NCBI GenBank assembly: GCA_951406725.2
Contig: OX597816.1
Coordinates: forward strand, 64,418,001-64,482,000
Direction: 5' to 3'
DNA length: 64,000 nt
Source: Octopus vulgaris
Taxonomy: Eukaryota
Part shown: piece after piece, positions 49,742 through 63,403 of the stretch
Numbering within the stretch: position 1 is the stretch's first letter
Layout: every line of letters starts with the position of its first letter
Program-made: the position numbers and the translations under genes
Notes under the pieces: model-generated
Databases searched by the model: none
Told to the model about the DNA's origin: nothing
Seen by the model: the letters and a program-made list of their open reading frames with translations, nothing else

Positions 49742-51574
49742 ATTATTATTATTATTATTATTATTATAATTATTATTATTATAATAACAACAACAACAAC
49801 AGCCACCACAACAATAAGAGAGATTACTTCGCTATTGGGCAGAGGGTTGCATACATCCTAACCGCAAAATGAGTCATATAAAAGTGGTTTACTCACAGAC
49901 GTTTATAGATAGATAGATAGATAGATACATACATACATACATACATACATACATACATACATACTTACATACATACATACATACATACATATATAGATAG
50001 ATAGATATACATATCTAATTGGAGACACACACACATATTGCATATATGTGTATTGATATAAATATGTGTATGCATATATACACAAACATATACACGTAGA
50101 TATACATATAAGCAAAACCTTGGACAGGAATGTAATAATATATTCGTGATATTAAGACATGTACATGTTTAGCCCTAAATCAACTCTGACCAAGCATACC
50201 TATGATCAAAGTATTGTACCTGTGACCATCCAGTCTTTCTGTTATTGTTTCAGACAAATTTTGAATATTTGGCACACAAGGCTTCATATCCATAATTGTG
50301 TGAATATGCTACCAATTTGGTACCGGGACGCATACCTCTGATAAACAATTACATTGGTCGGTTTCCGTAACCTGAATGTTCTTTATGTCTCATTGACCGT
50401 CTCTGGATTTGTAAGAACAAAGTGATGTTATGTCATGAGGGGAGTGGCTCGTCAGCATGATAGAAACTGGATGCCATATTTTTGAAGAGAGCGCCTATTT
50501 TTGTGTTCTATATTATCTACCTACAAACTTCTAAACTATATTAGTTTATTCGGTCCTTCACTCTCTATCTCGGACATTTATGAGAACCAGACTTTCCTAC
50601 TTTGCATTGGAACCTCTTCATAACGTACAACCACAATGTAGTTTGCCTTTCAGTATAGCGTCGCTGTTTATCCTCCAAAGAGTTTCTTATTAGATCCCCG
50701 CTTTTCTTTAATTGACTATTTTCCTCCATGGACAAATATCAGTCACTGTGCAGTTATTCCGAGGAGAAAAAAACCTTTGATTTCTCGCTCGTTTTGACTT
50801 TTTACTATACTAGTGTCACTGATTTCGCTTGCTTCTAATCTGGATGTTCCCGGTGCTACGACAAAGGGTTATCCGGAAAGATGGGTAGCAACAATTACGG
50901 TATTCATCTTTGGGGTACACTGCTGATATTGTAGCGATGATCTCGATAACAGGGTTGCCTACTTTTGCTTATTCCTGTCTTCGATGTGAGGGATGAATAT
51001 TTCCAAATGATTAATTGTTCCACAGACGTGGAAAAACTCTTTGTATTCCCTCCACAATTACTTTTCTGCAGGGAGATCTGGTCTGGGAGTCTTTCTCAGG
51101 CTTATATGGACGATCTCAAACTTTTCATGGAAAATTACTTCCAGTGTGATCCCGAACCAGTCTCACACCTTGTTACTTTCACATTAAATAATGTTTCGCT
51201 TTCCATTAATACTAGTCAGGGCATTGTAGAGACTACTTTAGTGAAAGAGGCCTTACTATTGTTCTGCCGATATTATAGCTTTCGTTGCTGTTATCGTTCC
51301 TTTTGGAGTCCTACTGCTGTTGATTCTGCGCCTGTTGGTGCTGTTGTAACTTTCTCTTTGCAGTGGTAACCTTGTGCCATTATAGAAACATTCCTTGTGA
51401 GAATATGTGCATGTGTGTGTATATGTGCATATATTAATGTATGTATGTGTGTGTGCGTGCGTGTATGTTTGTGTGTATGCATGTTTATTTGTGTGTGTTC
51501 GGTGTCCAGTAGTATATATCTATACGTCCAAATAGGCATTACCTATATCACCGTAAGACACATTCACGGTGATT

Positions 51575-51730
51575 ATTTGCTCGCAACCTAGCGTTTCGGC
51601 AAAAGAGACCGATAGAATAAGTACTCGGCTTACAAAGAATAAGTCCTGAGGTCGATTTGCTCGACTAAAAATGGTGCTCCAGCATGGTCACAGTCAAATG
51701 ACTGAAACAAGTAAAAGAGTAAAAGAGAGA
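51575..51730 (+). mobile_element. SINE family A, 3' half
   Basis: cggcaaaagagaccgatagaataagtac...ggtgctccagcatggtcacagtcaaatgactgaaacaagtaaaagag. Confidence 0.9.
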
Positions 51731-52399
51731 ATATGAAATACCACTCGAACATACTTCAATACGGTTCCCGTACTTGTTTGTTCCGTATATTATAGAAGTA
51801 ACTTCTGGACAGGTGTGTAACACACAAATTCTGTACTTTTATCATTTTTAAACACATACCAAATATTCGAAAAATATTTCATTTTGCATTAAAATAAATT
51901 TATTCAATAATTAGGATGATTTTTTTAAAAATATGTTTAACGATACAAAGTAGTCCAAAGATATAATGAATTTTACTGAAAAAAAAACAAAACAAAACTC
52001 GGAAACACAGTAACCAAGAAACCTGTTGCAGATGCAAAAGTATGAACGTTCGCTCACTATATGATAATAATAATAATAAATGCAAAGAAGAAGAATATCA
52101 GCAACAACAAATATACTGTATGTAAACAAGCTAATGAAGCGCTAATTGATTTAGTCTCTGTAAAAAGAAAATAACAACGTGAAGAGTCAGAATATGACGT
52201 AAAGCCTGAAGGATGATTGTAATAAACGGATTCTAAAATTTATTGATATTTACCTCACATAATTAATCTATTGAAAATGTTGGCCGCTTCAGGTTACCTG
52301 AAGTAAAGAAACTAATGATGCGGCAGACAAATTCATGCTACATATAAATAAACTGGCGATTAGAAGCGTACGAATAGAAGGGCAAAAAGATAACGGTGT

Positions 52400-54700
52400 A
52401 AACAATACACTGAGCTACAAAGAATTTTGTCTATTTACTTAATTCAAATATTTAGTACTAATACTTAATGCATAATAAATGTTTGCTCTACCCGACTCTC
52501 GGATGAAGGCTAACACAGCACAAGGCTGAGTTTTTCTATATGCAACTAAAAAAACCCAGTCCTCCTCACATATAAAACCTGACAAAATTGCACATATACC
52601 GATCAGAGTATTCTGCCAAATATTAAACAGATGAAAGAAGAATTCATTCCTTGAGTGTGATATTTCAAAAATGAGAAAACTGAAGCGGGCTGAAACCAAT
52701 ATGGTGATAAATACATATTTGGCTACCCGATGAAAATGATGACTATCAAAATAAAGCGAGGCTCTAGATTTTACAAATAAAGCAGGAAAGGGAGAAAGGT
52801 TGCAAAAATGTGACGCGAGGAATATGTTTCAATTCTACATCGATATTTCACAGCGACACGCAACAGAAAATAAAACGGCAATTCTGGAGTGAACCTAACC
52901 CTGATCTAAACCTAATGTCGGATTCAAAGAAACTAACTAACATCGTTATATTATCGAATCCAAAATAATTATATCAAGAATCGATATTTAACTAAAATAA
53001 AGAAGCAATAAATAACAAAAGCCAAGGGAATGAATTAAAATTAAACTGCAAAAATAAAAAAGACATTGAGAGCATAAACCATGATGAGAAAGCTAATACT
53101 GTGAGAATATAAAACGTAAACCAGTTAAGACCAATACAAGCAAGTATATTTTTATAGGAAAAATGTAAAAATTAAAAAGTAAAAAGATTATCAAGATGGG
53201 AAAGACGAACATGATAATATGAAGGTAGAAATAATTAAGGAATTAAAATCGATACAAGAACTTTGTATGGACCATAGAAAGTTCTTCATATCGATATAAA
53301 AAAAAGTAATGAACCAGCAACGACAATGAAAATCAAACGCAAACTTCTCCTCACAGACTTAATGAATACTTGAATATTTGAATATCAAAACATACTGAAA
53401 CAATATTTCAAACATACATACAATAGAACATAAAACATATAAGGAAAGATGATTTCACATTCGTTAATGAAATCAATGAGGAAAAGTCATGGCTGAAAAA
53501 AATTAATGAGAAATATAACCTAAAATAAGAAATTTCTGTAAACAAAAATAGCATTAAAAAAAGAGAGATCCTCGCTAAATCTCAAAGAATCCGTTGTATG
53601 AAGAAGGACAAATAGTTTGGTTGTTTTTTTTTTTTGTTTTTTTTAACAAAGCAAGCAGATCAATTTCAAATTAAAACAACGTTAATAAGAACTTAAGAAA
53701 ATGAAACACAAATCGATTCAGCAGTAACAGTCAGATACATAATCTGGGGCGGGGTGTATGGACAGCAAATGAATAACTATACAGGCAGCAGTTGAAAACA
53801 ACGAGCAGTGAGCATAGCTCTTGAAAGTCCATATCATCTGACGTAGAAGCTCCGATGCCAGAAAAAAAATAGCTGGAAGGCAACTTCAACGAAACCACTC
53901 CATTCAGTCGTTTAAACTATTCAAGAGAAATACTCAAAATTAGCAAGGATGTGTAATAAGGAACCGAAGGAGCCAGGGAAGATATCTGAATAGCTTACGG
54001 AAGCGAAACCGATCTTGAATCCCATGATTAAAGAAACGTCAAATACCAAAATCCTAGAATCTTATAATTTGTCTTTTTACAGCTCGCAAAGCTAAAACTG
54101 CGATAATATTGAAAACTATGTAGAAATACATAGAAAATCCATTCATATCCTGGATTACATAAAGGATGCTATAAAGTTCCATGTGGTTGTAAGTATCAAA
54201 TAAATATATATGAATAAAATCAGAAGATTATAGCAGAAAATGGATATGGTTACGATATGTGCTGAATACGAGAAATATTGTGATAGTGTTCTCCATATGT
54301 TTTTCTGGAAAAAATATTAGCCATGGGTAAAGAATTCCTAATACTCAGTACTTATATTAAAGACGTCATGGGCTAAAGGAACAACCTCTGCAGATAAAGA
54401 ATTATGAAAACTATCCTCATTCGAATAACACTGCTGTGACATCGCAGTTAATCGTTTTTATTCATGAGCGGCCTGGAGGTTTTATCTTGGGAAGATAAAA
54501 AAAATAGCAATATTGCTGCATGCGATGCAAGAATTCACATGTGGTACGCATAAGAGTATTGTGTTGAGAAAGTTGCTGTGTTTTGAATGTAGAATAAAAC
54601 AAAAACAAAAAAAACTGATGTCATGCTAGAGTAGAAACAAACATAAAATAAATTTGAACATACATAAAATAGCAAACAATCTGAAATAAATTTCACCCTT
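52400..54700 (+). mobile_element. Ancient R4/Dong-like element, N-terminal and RT part (boundaries uncertain)
   Basis: *LTEAKPILNP..KETSN (about 53991, cf. WLTEGKTxLIPK), KGCYKVPCGCKYQI (about 54161, cf. QKGCxxGSxGCKDQL), EYEKYCDSVLH (about 54264, cf. DYKKAFDSVPH). Confidence 0.65.
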
Positions 54701-55792
54701 TAGAATACAACATACACCAACGAAAGGCAAATTTCACAAATATTATAATTCTTTAGATTAATATTTAGACAGAACGAATGAGAAATTTTAATTATAATAA
54801 ATATAGATGTAACGATAAAAGTCATTAATATTTGACTTCTTCCTAATTAGATATCATATTTAGTAGACCCTAAATGAATTAGAATTATTCAACTGGAAAT
54901 CCTTTAAATTATACTACCCAAAGTCTGACACAGAATTACTTCGAATACAGTGAGGTAGAATTTGAAGTTAGAATATTCTGAAGTTAGAACATCCTATCAA
55001 ATATCAACCATAGAAAGTAAGTTATAGCATATTCTACTCAATACTATACACAAACAGAAAGAATTTCTTGAAGGGGAAATACCGCAAAACCCTAGCAGCA
55101 ACTGTTAAAGTACTTCTAAGAAAGGAGAATATAATTTCAAGAAATTAAGAGTAATTTTTCAGCTAATTTACTTGCTTGGGAGAAAATAGTTTTGTCTTTG
55201 CATACAAGATATAATTTTGAACATATTTCAGTCTGTTCGTCGTTACCAACACATGGTTTAAAGCAAGTTTACCGATCAGCTGACATGGGTTATTTACGAA
55301 CAGAAATATATATATATGAATAATATTCAACGAATATAATTTACATAATTAGCTTAATTTAAAGTGGCTTACAGTATAAAATCTCAAATTGGCAAATTAA
55401 TTCCAAAATTCATTGAACATTGCTGATAATTACTGCATAGTTTTTTTTTTTTTTGACTTAAGTTCCCAAATACGAAGGAACTTTCAATTAATTAAATGTA
55501 GCCTTATTGTTCTCCTACTTCATTCAGTGCACCACCTCTTAGAATAATTATACAAAATTATGCTTTTAGCCAATTTCATTATTAGTCGCAGTACATTTTA
55601 TTTTTAATAAAGGAAAGAATACTTTCTGTTTTAAAATAATAGAAGACGATAAATGAATGTGTATATAAATCTGTGCACAAGTGTATGTATACGCAGGCGT
55701 ATATGTATGTATACATATATAAACATATGAAAGTATATGTATATATGTATGCATATATATATACTGCCATATACAATATATATAGATGTACC

Positions 55793-55880
<88 letters not shown>

Positions 55881-55905
55881 TATATACATATATATGTATA
55901 TATGG

Positions 55906-56153
55906 GTAGAGGATGTCACAAAACGTAAGCAACATGAGATACGAAAACAAAGTTGGGTACGCAAACAGGGAGAGAAACAGACAGAAAGCAAGACAAGTAA
56001 CATAAAGAACGTCCCTTCATCAGTTGTCGGGAGTAGATGGACAGCCGACAACTGATGAAGGTTCATGTTCTCCTTTTGTTTCTCTCGTTGTTTGCGTACC
56101 CAACTTTGTTTTCGTATTTCATGTTTTATTTTACATTTTGTGACGTCCTGTAC
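55906..56153. mobile_element. Two inverted, directly joined copies of a TA-embedded repeat (fold-back, PLE pseudo-LTR-like)
   Basis: Left arm 55906-56030 and right arm 56045-56153 are imperfect reverse complements with a perfect inner 17 bp. (TA)n on both flanks. Confidence 0.85.
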
Positions 56154-56163
56154 ATATATATGC

Positions 56164-56211
<48 letters not shown>

Positions 56212-56213
56212 TG

Positions 56214-56259
<46 letters not shown>

Positions 56260-56307
56260 CATATACATATACATATACATATATATGTACATATATATAT
56301 ATATATG

Positions 56308-56672
56308 GCTTCAGTCCCACTGCGTGGCATCTTGGGCAAGTGTCTTCGGCTATAGCCCCGGACCGACCAATGCCTTGTGAGTGGTTTTGGCAGACGGAAA
56401 CTGAAAGAAGCCTGTCGTATATATGTATATATATATATGTATGTGTGTGTGTTTGTGTGTCTGTGTTTGTCCCCTTAGCATTGCTTGACGACCGATGATG
56501 GTGTGTTTACGTCCCCGTCACTTAGCGGTTCGGCAAAAGAGACTGATAGAATAAGTACTGGGCTTACAAAGAATAAGTTTCGGGGTCGATTTGCTCGACT
56601 AAAGGCGGTGCTCCAGCATGGCCGCACTCAAATGACTGAAACAAGTAAAAGAGTAAAAGAGTAAAAAAGAGT
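56308..56672 (+). mobile_element. SINE family A, 5'-truncated
   Basis: ttcagtcccactgcgtggcatcttgggcaag...gactgaaacaagtaaaagagtaaaagag. Confidence 0.92.
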
Positions 56673-56800
56673 ATATATATATATATATATATATATTATA
56701 TTAATATTTATATATATATATATATTATTTATATTATTTGACTGAACGCCATGAATCCATTTCAAAGTAAGGTTATATATATATATATATATATATATAT

Positions 56801-56964
56801 AGGCGCAGGCATTGCCGTGTGATAACAAGCTTGCTTCCCAACCACATATTACCAGGTTCATCCACACTGCATGGCACCTTGGGTGAGTGACTTGTACTGT
56901 AGCCTCGGGCCAGCCAAAGCCTTGTGGGTGGATTTGGTTGACGTAAATTTAAAGAAACTCGCCG

Positions 56965-57007
<43 letters not shown>

Positions 57008-57181
57008 TTGTCCCCCACTATTGTTTGTGTATTTACGTGACCGTAACGTAGCGGTTCAGCAAAAGAACCGATAGAATATGTACTAGGCTTACAAAGAATA
57101 AGTCCTGGGTTTGATTTGTTCAACTAAAGGCGGTGTTCTAGCATGTACACAGTCAAATGACTGAGACAACTAAATGAAAGA
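56801..57181 (+). mobile_element. SINE family A, full length, diverged
   Basis: aggcgcaggcattgccgtgtgataac...cagtcaaatgactgagacaac. Confidence 0.9.
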
Positions 57182-57187
57182 ATTTAT

Positions 57188-57400
57188 ATTTCTTTACTGT
57201 CCACAGGGAGCTAAAGACAGAGGGGACAAACAAGGACAGACACACGGATTAAGTCGATTATGTCGACCCCAGTGCGTAACTGGTACTTAATTTAACGACC
57301 CCGAAAGAATGAATGGCAAAGTCGACCTCGGCGGAATTTGAACTCGGAACGGCTACGTATTTCGCCCGGCGTGCTAACGTTTCTGCCAGCTCGCCGCCTT
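57188..57400 (-). mobile_element. SINE family B
   Basis: Minus strand ggcggcgagctggcagaaacgttagcacgccgggcgaaa...gagttcaaattccgccgaggtcgactttgcc...ttcggggtcg. Confidence 0.9.
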
Positions 57401-57599
57401 CAATTAAGTGATTCAATATATTGAACTGAAGCTGAATTAGCAGACCATTCCAATCAGAGAGAACGAAAATTACAAATTTATTCAATAAAACTTATCTAAT
57501 TATAATGGTATAGAAAGCTATACTATAAAGATCGAAAGAAACGTCCTATTATGTTTAATGTCATGAAAAAAGTAAACATAGGTATAGAGTTGCTAAATA

Positions 57600-58100
57600 A
57601 ATATTCATCCACTGGTTTCGAGCGCCGGACCCAAAACGAAGACAGCAGAGAGCATCATCTTTTTGTGACACAGTATCGAATCTCTCCTTCATGATGTTCT
57701 TAAACAGGTGATGAAGCAGAATAAAGTAAGAAACTGCAGACTGTGTGGAGACTGAAAAAAGCAATTAACAATATTGTCTCTATTTGCTCTGCATTAACCA
57801 AGAAAAACGCATTTTTCTGATATACGGGAAAATAAATGTGCTAGAAACATAAAATATTAGCAAATACGTAATATTACAAATATACGCCTAAAATTGTTTC
57901 TGGGATATGGCAATCTTTAAAGACAGGGTCTAAAGTGTAGCTAAATGGAACCGGTGTCAAATACAGGAGCAAAAGAAGCACCTCTTGGCCAAACGTGTGG
58001 TGAAGACATACTATGATTTTAAAAAAAGCGAGAAATATTTAGAGTTGAAGGTAACCAAAATGCCAGCTTGCAAACATCATATATAAAAAGAATATATAAA
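57600..58100 (+). mobile_element. Ancient R4/Dong-like element, CCHC and RLE part
   Basis: CRLCGD*...INNIVSICSALTKK (cf. CRLC...ETINHIVSGCPxLAK), WDMAIFKDR (cf. WDMPIxTDR), KYLELKVTKM (cf. KYKDLEIEVTRM at 49452-49691). Confidence 0.7.
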
Positions 58101-58697
58101 AAGAATATATAAAAACAAGTTGTAAGCAAGGATGAAATGTCTTTGAGTATGTCATGACGAATGAGATGACGCTAAAGGAAAAACATAGATACAGCTTTTT
58201 AAAACCAACGAAACTCGGTCATTTAAACATATCAGTCAATTTTTTGTCATTCCACACCCATCTTACAAAAACGAAGGATGTAGGATTATTAGGACAAGAC
58301 TATCCTTTATTATTTATAAGTCAGAGTTTAGCCACTTTGGATTATTTATCAACCACGATGAAAACAACTAGATTGTCTGGAGATATGTTTGACAATCATA
58401 GAAGAAAGCAACTGAGTGATGATATGGGAGGGTCGTAACTATAAAGGGTTACTGATACGCATGGTAATACAAAAGGTCGTGTGAAATAAGGCTTAACTTA
58501 AATACCGTTTTTCATTCGGCAGACTCAGGATAAAAGATATCTGATCCATTCCCATCATTTTGTTTTCATACCTATAACGACTTTGTTGAACGGAGACTTC
58601 TATTTTAAGAGGGTAGGTTGGAATATATAAAAGATTCGATTGCTCTGGCTGCACGCACGATCATATAATGTTTTCCTCGGTCGTTGATAATAATACA

Positions 58698-58878
<181 letters not shown>

Positions 58879-60287
58879 TGACTAGCCCTTGACAAACCCA
58901 TGATCTCTACAATTGCATATCAGCGGTGACCATCCAATTTTTTTTTACTGATTGTGTATCCATTGGAATTATATGCAACGTGTTCTTCATCTTTTAAGAC
59001 AGTGTGGTATAATTTAAGGGTCAGGCGGCTGCTATGTCTAGCATTTCGAGCAACCATCTTTAGACTCATTCATTGGTTCATTGTTACAAAGATTTATAAC
59101 ATAGTTGATATTGACAGATAAAAGCGTCAAATTTGCAGTGATTACGCAACAATATGAGAGAGTTATAATAATCGCTATCCAACATTATTCATCCAATATT
59201 GCTGCGAAGCACTCTATGTCATGTCAGTAGATAAATTCACCTAATAAATAAGCGTCAGATTGCTGTTCTAGGAATATATGTAAAATGGAGAATTTTATTA
59301 TTGTCTTCCTTAGCGTGATGTTCAGAAGATATGTTAAGACGAACTGACTTTCATTTCATTAAATTAATACTTCCGTACTCTGTTCTGAATAAGATACTCT
59401 CCGAAATGCAACTGTCAAAGCGTTTGACATACCTCTTCATTGTTCTCTGGTTAATAAGATAGATACATGCAATTTACATTGTATTACTATATAGCTACAG
59501 AAGATTCAATAAATCCGGATAATATAACTAATAGTGGAACATTTAAAACAAATATAGAGTTTCTACAGTATTCTCATAAAATCCAGTGACATTGTGTGGT
59601 TGTTGCCACAGAATGTTCTACCCTGCTAAATCTACCGCTCTGTTGTAATTATAAACATGCAAAGTTTAAGCTGTTTCTAGACAACATAACTTCAGACTGA
59701 TTTAAAAGTGGTTTGTGAGTGTGTATTATTAGATCTAATGACGAATTATGGCCTCATGACTTGATACTTCAAGAATATAATTATTATAAAGAAAATTTAA
59801 TATCTATAGTACATGTGAGACGCTTACCTAGCACGTCCAGGATATACGCTTGTGTAAGTAAGCTTATTAAAACGATAAATTGATATTTATTTAATCAAGT
59901 TTGAAGAGGCATTAATCACTGACGTTAGTTTTGCAGTTTGATATTGATTCAAATGATTCTTAGCTTCAGTCTTTATAGAAACTTATAGAATTAAGATATG
60001 AAAAAGAAAGGATTACAAACATAAACATCTCAAGAGAGGAATGGGTTGATAGCATATAATTCCTCGGTGTAATGCTGTAATGTATTATGCGCAGATAGGA
60101 TCAGACGCATCGGGACAGTTTAATTGGAGTTAGTACTAGTTCACAGGAGAACAGATTATAGCAGTATTAGAAGGGACAGATAAATGAAGCTGGACACTTG
60201 TTTCAGAATCTTTGTAGCGCGTTGTAGATTAGGTTTTGTGTTAATTAGCCACGGATTCGGTGCATATATTTACTCTTTTCTGTATAT

Positions 60288-60509
60288 TTATTTCTTTACT
60301 ACCCACAAGGGGCTAAACACAGAGGGGACAAACAAACGGATTAAGTCGATTATATCAATCCCAGTGTGTAACTGGTACTTATTTAATCGACCCCGAAAGG
60401 ATGAAAGGCAAGGTCGACATCGGCGGAATTTGAACTCAGAACGTAGAGGCAAACGAAATACTGCTAAGCATTTCGCCCGGCGTGCTAGCGTTTCTACCAG
60501 CTCGCCGCC
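60288..60509 (-). mobile_element. SINE family B, full length
   Basis: Closely matches 57188-57400. Confidence 0.9.
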
Positions 60510-60929
60510 CTTTTTTTCTTTTTATTTTCTTTTTTTTTAAAGACGAAATACCTATCAAGCCAAAAGTACTTTCTAACACTGAAGGGAAGGTCTGGTAGTA
60601 AAAGTGCAGTTTTAATTTTCACTGATATGGTCGATCAAACTTCTTCAGAATCGTGCACCAGTATGGCCACAGGCTCATGAATAACACAAGTGAGATGATA
60701 GCATTCGAGTACTTCAACACACGTACTTTTATCGTTATCTTTTGACTTTTACCCGTTCAATCACTGGAATGCGACTATGCACGAGCACTGCTTTTTTAGG
60801 GTTTTGTATTCAAACAAACTGCACCACCCCTCATTCCGGTATACATTTTTTAAGTGTATTTCTTATTCTTTCATTTTCTGCTCTTATTAATTTTTTTTGT
60901 CGAACAATTAAGACACAGGACCGTACAGA

Positions 60930-61147
60930 AACCAGATTTATGCAGCTCCTATCCAACAGTTTTTGTAGAAACATGGTTCTCGAGGTGGTCATTAAGCTCT
61001 GCACTAATTTGGGAGCTGTACTTTTGGGAATCCTTTCTAACAATTCGCATATGAGTTCCACGGTCCTTATCTGAAAGTTTGGGTTTTCTTCAAGAGATTT
61101 GTTTCGACCAGGAGGTTTTTTCCTCTTTCTCAAAGGCTGTCATTACT
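60930..61147 (-). mobile_element. Internal fragment of the same Tc1 family as 13623-14760
   Basis: ggttctcgaggtggtcatta...cctttctaacaatt...ctgaaagttt...tgtttcgac.aggaggttttt aligns to 14360-14570. Confidence 0.9.
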
Positions 61148-61288
61148 CACACATATGCATACACACATATGCACAATATGCATATATACGCACATATATG
61201 TATATGTATGTATGCATCTATCTAGTCATCTGACTGTCTATCTATCTTTCTATCTCTCAGTCTATCTCTCTCTCCCCCTCTCTCCCCT

Positions 61289-61324
<36 letters not shown>

Positions 61325-61424
61325 CATGCATACATACACACATACACACACATATATACACACGCACACACACACACACACATATGTATGCATAGATAGA
61401 TATAGATATATACACATATTGTAA

Positions 61425-61476
61425 TTCTTTTATTCTTTTACTTGTTACAGTCATTTGACTATACCCGTGCTGGAAC

Positions 61477-61480
<4 letters not shown>
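61425..61480 (-). mobile_element. SINE A or LINE 3' tail fragment
   Basis: cttttattcttttacttgttacagtcatttgactatacccgtgctggaacacc. Confidence 0.75.
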
Positions 61481-61527
<47 letters not shown>

Positions 61528-62409
61528 ACAGCTACCGTTACAACTAACTTCGAACTTTGTCTTCATTAATATGCCCAACATGTTTTCGAAATAGATTCAA
61601 TCACGTGAAGCTGTCGATAAATTCTAACACCTTATTCTGACATATTCAAAAGAAGCAGATTAATTGTCACTGGTGATAACCTAAAATGACATCATCTCAC
61701 TAAAACCAACCCTTATAATTCTCTTTACCTGTTGTCATCGTTGTCGTCAGTCTCATACTCAAATGTATCACTTTCAACCAAATGTTTATATCTGTCAGTG
61801 AGATAACTATCACAATTTAATTACATCAGAGATTAATACGTGGCAAATAGCAATGACATACTTCTCCATATGTTTCAAATATTTTATTGACTGATTTTTG
61901 TGTGCAGGCGTCAATCATCTTTTCGAAAATAATTGAAAAGATTATAGTATTAAATTAATAGTGCGGCTATCATTTTAAGGGAATCTTGATATGCTGTAAC
62001 GTCATGCCAACTAAGATTGTATATTGCTAAGTTTCCATAAAAAATACGAAAAAATATGGAATTCATAGCGACTGCATAATACCAAGGCGGGAACTATTCC
62101 AACATCATGAAACTACAATGTCACATATAATAATTGATGCGTTTTTTTATGGTTCATACGGTTTTTTTTTATTAATATTAAATCTTAAATTTCAAGATAA
62201 GAAAGTATCAATTACAAAGTGAATTCTTTTTCTGGCGTATGTCTCCTTTCAGGAAGACTGATTAAATATATTATTCCATTAACGCAGTTAATATTCCTCA
62301 TACCATGTCATGTTTCCAATACATAATATTACAAAACGGAATTTGCACTTATCTGTAGATTAAATAAATATCACATCTAGCTTTTATGAGGTAATGCTGA
62401 TCAATCAAA

Positions 62410-62498
62410 TACGAGGGTGTAGTGAAAGTTCCTGGCTTTAACGGTACTAGCAAATCTACCCATCTACGATAGAGGCATAAATTGAGGGTGGGAGGTCA
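62410..62498 (+). mobile_element. Left end of a mariner-derived MITE (family of 44904-45111)
   Basis: tacgagggtgtagtgaaagttcctggctttaa...ggtgggaggtca. Confidence 0.65.
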
Positions 62499-62707
62499 TG
62501 ACAGCAGTCTGTATTGAGAAATGTGTAGATGGACATGAAAAATTACTGGGTGATTTCTTAAAGAACTCACATTGTTGGTGATACAGCATTCTATTGCAGT
62601 TATAAGACGTGTCTGCGACAAAGTGACATATGATGATTCACTCCCAAACTGAAATAGGCTCCCAGCCTCTGTATCATGAAAGGTTATTTTTGCAGATTTA
62701 TTAATAA

Positions 62708-62891
62708 TTACTTGTTTCAGTCCTCTGACTGCGGCCATGCTGCAGCACCGCCTTTAGTGGAGCAAATCGACCCCAGGACTTATTCTTTGTAAGCCTAGTA
62801 CTTATTCTATCGGTCTCTTTTGCCGAACCGCTAAGTTACGGGGATGTAGACACACCACCATCGGTTGTTGGGGGGAAAAACACAGACACTG

Positions 62892-62964
<73 letters not shown>

Positions 62965-63134
62965 CATACATATATACGATGGGCTTCTTTCAGTTTCCGT
63001 CTACCAAACCCACTCACAAGGCCTTGGTCGGCCCGAGGCTATAGAAGAAGATACTTGCCCAAGGTACCACGCAGTGGGACTGAACACAGAACCATGCTGT
63101 TGGTAAACAAGCTAATTACCAAACAGCCACTCCT

Positions 63135-63138
<4 letters not shown>
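62708..63138 (-). mobile_element. SINE family A, full length
   Basis: Reverse complement of the family A consensus with internal (CA)n(TA)n. Confidence 0.92.
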
Positions 63139-63184
<46 letters not shown>

Positions 63185-63189
<5 letters not shown>

Positions 63190-63220
63190 ATCCAAACATG
63201 AAAACACCAAGAGAAAGCAA

Positions 63221-63268
<48 letters not shown>

Positions 63269-63403
63269 GTTAAAAAAACACAAACTGGGACAAGAACGTG
63301 AAACATTTTGAAGACGACAAAAAAACAACACAGACGGGACTTTCGAAGCTCTCAGTCATCAGTCAAGAACCAGATCATCTTCGCAATTTCGGCTGATTAA
63401 TCT

